From Balanoglossus misakiensis (Eukaryota > Animalia > Hemichordata), in contig CM082583.2 of assembly GCA_040954595.2 (NCBI GenBank), positions 94,542-158,541 on the forward strand: a stretch of DNA of 64,000 nt, given 5' to 3'. Of the stretch, positions 52,801 through 64,000 are shown in pieces; position 1 is the first letter of the stretch; each line of letters starts with the position of its first letter. A model generated the notes under the pieces. That model worked only from the letters and a program-made list of their open reading frames with translations. It made no database searches and was not told the DNA's origin. Both the position numbers and the translations under genes were made by a program.

Positions 52801-55800
52801 ATAGTGTCTTAGTGTACCATACGGTGCAGGTTGTTGTTTGGTCAAATACACAATCCCCTTTTATGGCACACACATTCTTAATAAATTTCCCCAAAATTGT
52901 GTCGTTATTCACTGTTTGATACAGGTTGGAAGAAACCAACTGCAAGCCGATTATGTGTTATGTTATTATGTTCCTCTTCATCTGAAATTTAAAATCACTC
53001 ACATGTCTGACATAAATCGCCGGAGTAACAGCTTGTACAGGAGCATGTGAATTCAGTACACCAATTGGGCGTCAGCACACAGTTTCCACCATTCTGACAC
53101 TGGATGGGTTGACACTGGTTGACAGCTGTGGGATGTGCAGTCAAGATATTGTCAAAATTACAGAATTTACAAACTACACTCCACAGTCATGTACATGTAT
53201 ACATGACAACAACCAAAGGGCTGTTTTGAAAAACCAAATGCTGTGAAATCCTTTAGAGTGTGACAAGAAACCACAGTTGCAACCGAAAACAAAAATAGTG
53301 ATAACATTAAGCTAGCCCAAAGTTTGAGTTACCAGGGCTTTAATATGTGTACCGTACTTATATTATATAATACATAACAAGTGTTTTGCATTGAATAAAA
53401 TAATATTGGTTTGTACTTACGCATTGTACATGTGGCACCAGTGAAGCATTCGGTACACATACAGTCAAACAGGAAACAGCCGTCTCGCGCAACGCATGTG
53501 CCACCATTTTGACAAGGCATAGAGTATAACTGATCAATGGCTGCCAAAACAAAAATGAAAGTATCAATTACCTGCTTGTCAAAAACTTGTACATGTACTT
53601 GTGATGTTCATTTCGTTTAAATATGTGAGCAATGTCTTCATTCCTTGTTTCAAACCTGTACATTTAAAATAACATAATGATGCTATTGCTAGGATTTTTC
53701 TGTAAGAATCTTGAAAAATTAAAAAATGTGCCGTCAACATGATACAGAAGGCTTTCCTTTTTAACGTGCACCTCACACTCAATTTTGACCCTACATCAGC
53801 AAATTTTGAAAGGATGAAACTTAGTAATGCTTCCACCCCATTTATTGGTGTATGGGTCCATCTATCACATTGAGAATACCAAAAATGAGGGTTTATATAC
53901 CACGCTGTGTCATAAAACAGTAATTCGACACACCTACGGCACAGATGGCCCCAGTCCAACACTACTGGCAGTAACAGGTGTAGTCAGTATAAGAATTTGG
54001 TGTTTGGGAACAATAGCCTCCATTTTGACACGGATTCTGATCACATGGGTTAATGACTATCAGAAAAAAAATAGTTTAAAAAACATGAAATGCAGATGGC
54101 TACACCTCAACCAAAGATGATTCCTGCACCACAACAAAATCCTTTGACACAAGCATTATACTGGAACCATACCCAGAACACGCATTAAGTATATGATGAA
54201 GGGACAATGTCTCTATTTTGGGTAATACAGTAAAACCTGTCTTTATGGACACCTCTCTAATCAGAACACCTAGTAAGATTGATTTTTCAAGCCAAATAGT
54301 AAGGATAATTAAGGACGTCTCTTTTACTTAATACTCAGATGTGTGCACCACCTTAGGAGAGATTACCTCATATGCACAATTATCTCTACAGACACTAGTC
54401 TTCAAGAGGCAACTCTTGTATATTTGAGTGATGAAAACATCCAGCTTCGTACACTTCCTCACAAGTTCGTGCCTATCCTAAATTGCACGGACATACAAAT
54501 GAAATTTCTGTTTTCTTTTCTCTTGTGGAAATTTTAGAAATGAGAAGTTACCACACAATTCAATTGCCATGAAGAGAAAGTGCCCAAAAGATTGTCATTT
54601 ACGGTACGTCAGAAACTTACATATTTCACAACGGTTACCCTCATAGCAACCAGTACAGGCACAGGTATATGCCGTGCAGGAGTTGGCCACTGCATTACAT
54701 ACAGCCCCGTTGAGACAGCTGTTTCGCTGGCATGGATCTTGGACTGCAATAAAAAGTGCAACCTAATGTTATCTCAGCAATATTTACTTTCAAAATCTGT
54801 TTGATAAAAACATCATCATTACCATTACTGTAAATACTGAACGGAACTTCACTTCCAAAAACAACTTGCTCATTCTGGGACGCACTTGTGGGGCTATGAA
54901 AATCTCTGTATATGTATCTTCATGAATAATTTTCATGAACGATCAACATTTTTTTCTTCAAATAAACATGTTTTCTTTCAGTTGTACATCATTTTTTAGG
55001 TGAACGATTCCCAAGGCCCAAGGTGTGATGCTGAAGATGAAAATATAAAGTATGACCAACAGACAATGTATTGAGACATGATTGTAAATGTTAGTTCCTG
55101 CATGACAAAATGTTTGTTTTAATGAGTTTTACACTGGCTGCAGTGTGTGCCGGTGAAACATCCTGGACAAGTACACTCATAAGTTGTACACGACAGCCGA
55201 GTACACTGCCCATTGTTCAGGCATGGACTTGGCCTACATGGAGTTTGTTCTGTTTCAATGGAATGAAAATAAATAAATAGTAGTGACATAAGTTTTTAGG
55301 GTATGACCATTTCCTTAATTCCTACAGCTGTGGTTCTATCGGGTTCTCCTATAACTAAGCCTCCTTAATGTATAACTGAACAATAAGAATTACTTATTAT
55401 ACTTTTGGGAGTTTAGGACTTAGTAATTGCAAAAAAGACTCAATTCCTGAAAGTGCCTATTTGGTTTGTCACATCCTAAATATACAGGTAATTTCATAGC
55501 TGCCAGCTATGACAAATATACCGGTATGAGGGGGGAAAAACAGTTCCTCGTCTGATAAATTTACCTTGGTCACAGGTGATTCCAATGATACAGCCTTGAC
55601 AGCGACAGGTAAACGCACTGCACGATCCACTGATTGGCTCACAGATACCGTTGTTCATGCACGGATTGGGAGAACATTGATCGAGTCCTGGGGGTTGCAT
55701 GTAAATCAACCAACAATTGCATATTAACATCACAAGTCATTTCACTATTTTTTCATTCCAAACTTAAAAGATTGCTTGTAACTTGCTGAACAAATATTCA

Positions 55801-58213
55801 TATGGACAGACTATTCTAGCTTGGAACAGGCAAAATCAAGGGTGCCCTGACGCCCAACTTTTAAGAGCAGTTCATTTACTGAAACTGCCAGCACCCAATA
55901 TTATCCCACATGTAATCAATATGTGGAAATCAAATACATCTGTAACAGTTTTAATTTACCATGTGGGTATTTGCATGGAGGGCCATGGTATTTGTTACCT
56001 ACTGATAAAATACCCTTCAAAACAATATCCTCATTTCTTCAGAAGTTTGGCAACAAGACCAATAAAGTTTCACATCAAAATTTACAATGTATAAATAAGC
56101 TTACAAGATCTACGGAATGAAGATGGCTTGTTTGTTTGCAGGGTGTCTTGAAAGTATATACTCACTTGTTTGACCATGGACCCTAGAGAAAGAAGGACGC
56201 GCAACTCCATTTTTTTCTTGAAATGATGTTCTTTTGCATACATTATTTCCAGATAAATCCCAATAATCCAATTTGCAAATAAACTGTGTATAAACTAACG
56301 CAAAGTCTCGTGTTTTGTGTGAAGTTATCACAACACCTCAGAACATCTCGCAGAAGACGAGAAAACTGCAACGTGGTTGAACGCAGCGATTATTTATGGA
56401 ACACATCTGGACAAGTTAAACAGGAATTTGAATCTGAGTCTGACAGCGTCCAAAACAAGCATCTTTTGTCTAACAGTCCGGGTATTTCACAAGGCTGTGA
56501 GCTAACCGTACCGAGGGTTGCCTGGCGGCCATAGTGCACACATGATAATCCACCCAGTTTGTTTACAAATTGTTTTCGTGAAATCTGTTTTATTGTTCAC
56601 GCACTGCGAAATAAAATGCCCCTAAACCACAATTTTTATTTCAATGCTTCACGCAAACATAAAATTATTACGAAAAGTGTCAGCGTTACTAAGAAATATG
56701 AGTGCCCAGTCGGACATGCAAAAAACATGGATGATTTGTTTACAATTTTTAAATGAAGCTTGTGGCACTAGAAATGACCGTTCAACCGACAGACGAACAC
56801 CAAACCATAATAATTAGCACAGACATCGTAATACTTTTAGAATTTTAGAAAAAAACGCAGTGGCTGCTGAAATGCAGTAGTGCCAGTTTGGTGGCAAGTT
56901 TTCGTATCACTGGTGGGGTCGACACGTGCCGAAGTAAGGAAGTCATTGTCCGACTGTCCTGGGTGTTAATTATATACAAAAAAACATCATCATACAGATA
57001 ATCCCCAAACCCTTTGATCTTTGCCGCAGTTGCTCGCCCTTCTTTCTCTAGGGTCTATGGTTTGACAGATGTCACCTGTGTAATAGTTCACACACTGGCA
57101 TGAATAGAAATTGCACGATGTTTGCTGGCAAAATCCACCATTCATACATGGGTTGGGATCACAGGGGTTTTGCACTGGAAATTAAGAAAGGACGCCATTT
57201 TATTCCTTGCTACTCATTCTACAGTACAGATATGGCAAAAACCTTGCAGAATTATGGCAAGGGTGTGTGGAGTGATTGTGCCTACAACTTATATTAGGCT
57301 GGTATCAAGTTGTTCACACCTCCATAGATCACGTGGCAGTGACTGTGAGGCAAGGGCTTCCCTTCATGAAATCAAAGACCTGTGTACTGGAGGAGGGTTC
57401 CTTGCAAATGCTTGACTTGACTTCAAGCACACCTGTAGACTCATATGTAAATTTACACTATCTGGCCTGGAGTGAGAATTTCCATAGTGGATGTGTGTTG
57501 ACAAAAGGCAGTAAAATTGGCCAGTCGCGCATAATGTTTCTTGAACCAAGACAATCAAGACATTATGCGCCACGAAAGTGATTTTGATTGGAAAGAGTGT
57601 AATCTTGCATTCGATGTCAAGAACTCTCCAAGCTCTGCTGTGGTGATGGCTACACCTATGCTCAGGAAACATGCAGTATTTGAATGAGACTGCGCTGTAT
57701 ACTTACATATCTCACACCTATCACCTTTGTAGCAACCAGTACATATGCAGGTGAGATCAAAGCAGGAATTTCGAGCCGGTTGACAGAAGCCACCATTCTG
57801 GCACGGAATGGTTGACACTGGTTGAGTCCTGCAAGGAAAAGGGTCAAATTTTCCATGATCATCAGGGGTGAGTTTCCTTCAAAAATTGTGATGTGACAAA
57901 CCGACAAATTAGCATATTAGCATAATCAGAATAAATAAAAAAAATGCACAGGTAGTTTAAAAGAACAAAAACTTTCGAAACGGAATAGAGCTAAGCTGCT
58001 ATCCCTTTCTATTTTTGTGTTTGTACAACATCAGTGAAGTTTAAATCATAATAAAAAAATGATAATTATCATTATTAACTGCTACAGATTCAAACTTACT
58101 TGTCTCACAACTGGTTCCCTAGTAACACTCTGTGCACATGCAAATTGTGGCAGTACAAGAATTTACCTGTTGTTGGCAGGTACCTCCATTGAGACAAGGA
58201 CTTCATAAGTTGT
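49875..58213 (-). pseudogene. Array of 12 phase-1 EGF-like exons, U4
   Basis: Copy of the U2 array; exon 57707-57828 has a private 1-bp frameshift. Confidence 0.88.
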
Positions 58214-59029
58214 CTGAAAACACCAGTTTGCCCAATTTTCACTAATGTATAGGAATACATGAGAAGTCGGCCAGATTAGAAGTCGGCCAGTTCGCGCGCA
58301 TGAGAAGTCGGCCAGTATGAGAAGTCGGCCAGTTGTTGAACTTGTACCCGAATAGTGCAGTAATGACCCAGATTACTTATAACAACACTTAATATAATAT
58401 AATTGCACTAAATATTTTCATTTGGACGGATTTCCCAAATTCTTGACAACACAATGGCGTCATTTCAAATAATGGCGTCTGGCATCCGTACCAGTTCCCC
58501 AGCCCCGTATCCGCGTAAGGAGCTTAGGTTGTTCGCCAAATTCCTGTGACATTTCTGATTAAAGGGAGTTGTTTCAAAGCCTACTAAAATACATAGAAGA
58601 TGTATGTGTATATTCATACTTTCTGAGGCAACACCAAACAAACAAACCAACAAACGTGACAAGGAACAGACTACTGGCGCAGCTCAAGAAGTGCAGGTGA
58701 CTGATGTTGACGTACCCCGGTGACGTACATGAAAAGTGAACAGACAGTTTTAAAATTCATCGGCTATTTGTACAAATATCTCAGCTCCTGTACATCAAGG
58801 AAACATTTCGTAGTGAAACAGTTATATATAACACAAAGTACCAGGGTTCTCTCCCACAGGCCGACTTCTCGTACTGGCCGAGACCGACTTCTCATACTGG
58901 TTGACTTCTCAGGACACCATGTATAGCTAGCTGTTGAACTCAAAAAATATGTAAAACTACAAGTGATGTAAACAACTTGTGGAACCATGTTCAAATCGAG
59001 ACAAGAAGAAAAGGGATTTCAAGACTTAC

Positions 59030-61671
59030 CTCCTTCAGCACTTTACTGCCCTGTAGCGCACTGTGTGACACTTGTAGTTGTGCATTCATAACCAGAAGGA
59101 CGTGGCCGAACCTAGCGAGTATGAACCTATCACAGAAAAAATTCAAAGAACGATTTTTACCACCATGGTTTGGTCCAACGATCCCTTATTAGAGAGATGT
59201 CCGTAATCACAGGTTTTACTGTACAATACCTCTTCAGTGGAATCATTGTGTTTTTCAAAGTGCATCACAATATCAACTCCAATAAGCATAACAGTTTAAT
59301 TTTCTGTGTATGCCATGCTATAACACAGGGAAGTCACAAGAGTGATTTGCAGCCCAACTTACCAGTAACTGTTGAACAATCCACTACGGGTGACATGGTT
59401 GGACACTTGGATCCCGCTGGACAAGGCGTGCATGTGCCGTCGCCTTCCATAGCATATTCACCATTGCCACAGTCGAGCGGATCTTACATTGGATCTGAAC
59501 ACGATTGTCCAGCAGGGCACAGAAGACAGGATGTGCGTGCAGGCTCCTCACTTATTTCATCTGATTAAAGAAAATGAGGTTTTTAGTGATGTATTTGTGA
59601 TACAGTGTCATTTAAAATAACAAATTACTTGAGATGATTCACTTCATAATTCTGAGACAAGTATACAGGCATGTAGAAAATTCTTTGGAGGACATTAAAC
59701 GTCATTTCTAATCAACCATTTTCTGAATATCATAAGACTCTGCGAGATCTCACATGGCTAACCGGGTCTCGCAAGATCTCGCACTGAGTTGATAATCTGT
59801 TGTAAACACATACATACATACACACACACACATACCCCCAGTCGCACTGACTTGAAAATCTGTTGTAAACACATACATGCAAACACACATACCCCTCAGT
59901 TTCATCACACAGCAAACTGAACAAGTACCACAATCTTACCATTTGTACATCTGGTACAGTTTGTTGCACCAGCCAATGACACGTAACCCTTGGTACACTT
60001 GAATTGCGATGCACTGGGATCTATGCAGGCGTAACCTTGCTCACAAATAGTACAATGTTCAGCACCAGCTGATCTGTAAATCAAACAGAGAATTTACACA
60101 CCAAGTTAACCTTTGAATACCACTGTAAAAATTTGGTGCAAATTTTAATTATTTTCATAAATAGAGGTCTATTCAAATTTGGAAAAATTGTCATTTTTTC
60201 ATTCATATATTATATCAGTAAATTTTAAATACAGAAATAGAAAATGATCCCATCCTATTTTTCAGTTAGTAAATTACCTGACCTAATGTTTGATGTTGGA
60301 AATAAAGGTGGGTGGGTAGAAGTTTACCTGTTATGCAAGAGGTACAGCGAGACATCCTTTGTCCAAGGCCGAACTGTAATAACCAGCCGAGCATAAAATC
60401 ACAGTGTTACCATTTGGACATTGGTTACCAGCTGGGCAATCAGCACATGATGTTTGTGCTGAAAATAAACAGAGATTTATAGAATCTTATAGTCACAGTC
60501 ATACCTTCAAAGACGTGGGATTCTCACGCGGGTTGGGGAGACAAAAATCCCTGGCAAAAGATTGAGGACAGGAAAATGCCAATCCAGAGATATTGGTAAC
60601 AGAAACTGTGTACAGTCAATGCCATACGGCAGTGTGCTGTTCTAACAACAGACAAGATCGTGACGATCATAGTCTGTGTCGGAGATTTGGAAAAGAGCAA
60701 ATTTGGTGAAAAGACGGGACAAAACAAAAGTCTACTTATACGATGCACATGAAAACTGGATGAAAGCGAAGCAGTCCACTATTTGAATGCATTGGATGTA
60801 AAATTGGCAGAATATTTGGACTGGACGTAATGTTTGTACGCACAGAATTACGTACATGCACATAAGATGATCGTCCGCCTTAAAGGCACGTAAGCTGCAA
60901 CTGGATAAAAAAATTAAAGTTTTAAATAATCTCATATATGCTTTTAATTATGTCTATTAAATGATATTTCATGATAATATATCAAGCTCAACACTTATTT
61001 ATGACACAATGGCCAAAAATTAAAGAAAAAACGAAAATTCCTGCAATTTTAAAAAAAGTGCAATATTGCAATGAAAAATGGAAATCTGATGTCTCAGTGG
61101 TGTACATTTACTTCCATGAGCTCAAGTGGATGAGATCATGTTTTGTTTATGAAGTTTCAAAACCGGAAATGCAACATTTTCATTGTTTCTTGCATTTTCC
61201 CAGGGTGGCGGCCATAATCGCTTGCGGCAAAGCTTTATTATTTATCTGGTTAAAACTTGCATATGCACTCATATTTAGGGTTTATAATGCTTGTGTATAG
61301 TTCACTGCCTTCATCTGCATGGACTAATGGTAGTGCAGTTTTAAACAAAAATTATGAAAATTATCCCAAAAGTTACAGCTTACGTGCCTTTAAGTGAAAG
61401 ATTACACAGTAATGCCCAAACTTTAAGTGCTGACTCACCATCTATATTAGTGTAGTATCCATCTTCACACACCTCTGGCTCCGACATACCATCATATTGG
61501 CACTTATACCCGGGGCAGGACAAGGCGTACAGTCTATACTTCCATTGTTGGCAAAATATCCCAGTCCGCATTGTGTTGGTGATGAGAGGCTGGCTGTTCC
61601 ACACATGAAACCCCTGGACACAGCGTGCATGCTTCAGAACATGCTGAACTTTAACTTCCAGCTGCGCAGTC
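59030..61671 (-). pseudogene. CPAG-type Cys-rich repeat exons, U4
   Basis: Copy at offset 50208. Confidence 0.8.
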
Positions 61672-62638
61672 CTGTAGGAGTGAAGACGTCAACTATTAAG
61701 GAGGTTTAGGAGCCCTCTAGCCAGCAAACTTCATCAAGGATGTACGTGCAGAACATAAACCGGAAACACTGCGTGTCCGGTCTTTTTCCCATAGGATTAC
61801 ATTGATAATCGCCAGAAAACAAACTTCTACTATTGTCATTTTCACGAAATTTTACACATAGCTCAGTCCAGCAAATATAAATTCATTGGTCAAATAAAAT
61901 ATAGGGGTCACCGCACTCTTTTTTGAGATAAATTGCATTAAGAATTTTGGCCATAGACAAACAAACCATTGGTGAAAAATGCTGAGTCAGCAGATTTCTT
62001 CTATTATCGACCAATTTCATGGCTCTGTATTTCAAAAACAAGCGCGGTGACCCCTATATTTTATTACGGATTTTCATTATACATACAAAAGAGAATAAAA
62101 AAATCCACAATTAAAAAAAATGACAATACTTTCCATTTTATTGAACGTACATCCTTAATGTTACTTAGGTAGTGGAGCACCAAAACCCAAATTTTCATAT
62201 CGATTGTGTATTTTGTGATAAAAGCACCAAACTTGGCTCAGATGTGTGTTAATGTGTACTGAACAAATTCAGATAGCGAGTCACTAAATATCTGTTGAAG
62301 AGTTTCCATGGCAACCAATTTTTTTTCAAAATGGCCGCAAATACAGATAATCACACCTGTTAAACATCAAAATAAATTCAGATTACAATATTTGAAACAA
62401 GAAACTACGGAAAGAATGGTTTGCAATAGAACTATGGTTATTAAACTACAAATGTACTTATAAGGGTAACTAAGGGATCAAAATACAGGTGCAACTTTCA
62501 ATCCCTGGTACTCGCATTAGTATAGGTGCTCCCCCTAGTTAAACATTACGGCTAGTTGCGATATTTAACTTGAAGTACGTAAATTACACACACACGAATC
62601 GCAACAGTTAGCGAGTCACTAAATATCTATTGAAGAGT

Positions 62639-64000
62639 GACTATGCAGTATTCAAGATCCACCCTTTCCACAATACGTGTGAACTTCTACTCTCTACATG
62701 GAATGTCCGCTCAGCTAGATGCAAATCATTAGACATTGCAGACTACATCACAGATAAAGAAATTGATATTCTTGTACTCACTGAAACATGGTTGAAGGAA
62801 TCTGGTGACGAACACGTAATGGCTGAATGTACACCACCAGGCTATGCTGTCAAACATCTACCTGGGGTTGGCAAGATCGGTGGAGGCTTAGCTTAAATTC
62901 ATAAGCTAGCACTAAAATAAACAGCTTGGAAGCCTATTCTCTCTGTTAAATCTTTTGAGGCAGCGGAAGCAACTATTCTTCACCAGAAACTTTCCATGAA
63001 AATAATTCTTGTCTACCGTCCACCACCATCAGTTAATAATAAATTCACCGCACCACAGTTCATGGAAGAGTTCAGTACAACACTTGAGAAGTATGTCACC
63101 TGCTCAAGTAATCTCTTCATCGTAGGAGATTTCAATATTCACCTAGAAGATGATAAGAATCCAGTAACACAGAAATTCAATGGAATCATCAGCGCCTGTA
63201 ATCTGAAACAATGGGTCCAACAACCAACACACAGAAAGGGTCATACTCTTGATCTCATCTTATCTAACTCTGCGTCTAACATCAAGAGTGTCTCTGTAGA
63301 CTGCTTGGAACTCTCTGATCACAATTCTGTCAATGCAAAACTTGCTCTTCCGAAACCAACACACAGTAGACGTCAAATATCTTATCGTCATATCTGCCAT
63401 TTCAATTGATAGTTTCAGCCATGATCTCGACAAAATACATCAAATGTCCTAGCCTCCAAATGACCTCTCCTCAGCCATATCAGCTTATAACCAACCCGTC
63501 AGTCTCCATCTAAAACACGTGTACTTGATCTCATCCCTACAGCACTTGATAAGCAATGTCTTGGTAATCTGCTCACTATCATAGCCACAATTATCAATTT
63601 GTCACTCAAAACTGGAACTGTTCCTGAATAACTTAAAATAGCAGTCATCACACCAATATACTCAAGAAACCTTCGCTCGACAAAAACATTTTCAAGAACT
63701 ATAGACCAGTTTCAAACCTAACCTTCCTGTCAAAAGTAATCGGGAAGATTGTAGCACAACAACTGACATCATATTTGACTACCAACTCACTACAAGAACC
63801 ACTGCAGTCAGCGTACCGAAAGGATCACAGTACCGAAACAGCACTTACTAAAGTCAACAACGATATTTGTATGGCACTGGATGCCGGTAAATGTGTACTC
63901 ATGGTTCTCCTCGATCTCTCCTCTGTGTTTGATACCATAGATCACGACACAATCATCTCAAGGTTATCAAAACTGGGCATCACCAACATCGCACTACAAT
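62639..64000 (+). mobile_element. Decayed L2/CR1-group LINE, U4 (cut by the window end)
   Basis: APE ORFs 62630-62896 and 62996-63409, then the start of RT. Confidence 0.92.

Larger units (their letters stand above)
49072..64000. repeat. Tandem unit U4 (B type, runs off the window)
   Basis: Offset to U2 is 34214, then 31870 after the empty TIR-element site. It shares B-diagnostic SNPs and the 1093-bp block 57588-58680. Confidence 0.97.

Overview
This is AT-rich, intron-containing animal DNA, probably from an invertebrate deuterostome (inferred from repeat style only). The whole window is a tandem segmental amplification of one ~15-19 kb unit, present as four near-identical copies: U1 1-14857, U2 14858-34168, U3 34169-49071 and U4 49072->64000. 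The copies alternate between a deleted 'A' type (U1, U3) and a more complete 'B' type (U2, U4), giving an A-B higher-order period of 34,214 bp. On the minus strand each unit carries five decayed exons of CPAG-type Cys-rich repeats (GCC2/GCC3 or ephrin-receptor-like). These are followed by 10 (A) or 12 (B) phase-1 single-domain EGF exons with an unusual 8-cysteine pattern; many have stops, frameshifts or lost cysteines. Each unit also carries a decayed L2/CR1-group LINE, a truncated Gypsy (Mag-like) gag-pro (5' LTR and PBS visible only at the end of U2), two TTAA/Kolobok-like MITEs, a P-like MITE inserted in an EGF exon, and a Helentron/HINE-like repeat. A 2.3-kb element with 189-bp TIRs is present only in U2. 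No intact full-length gene, RNA gene or CRISPR array is supported. Coordinates were read by hand and may be off by a few bases.
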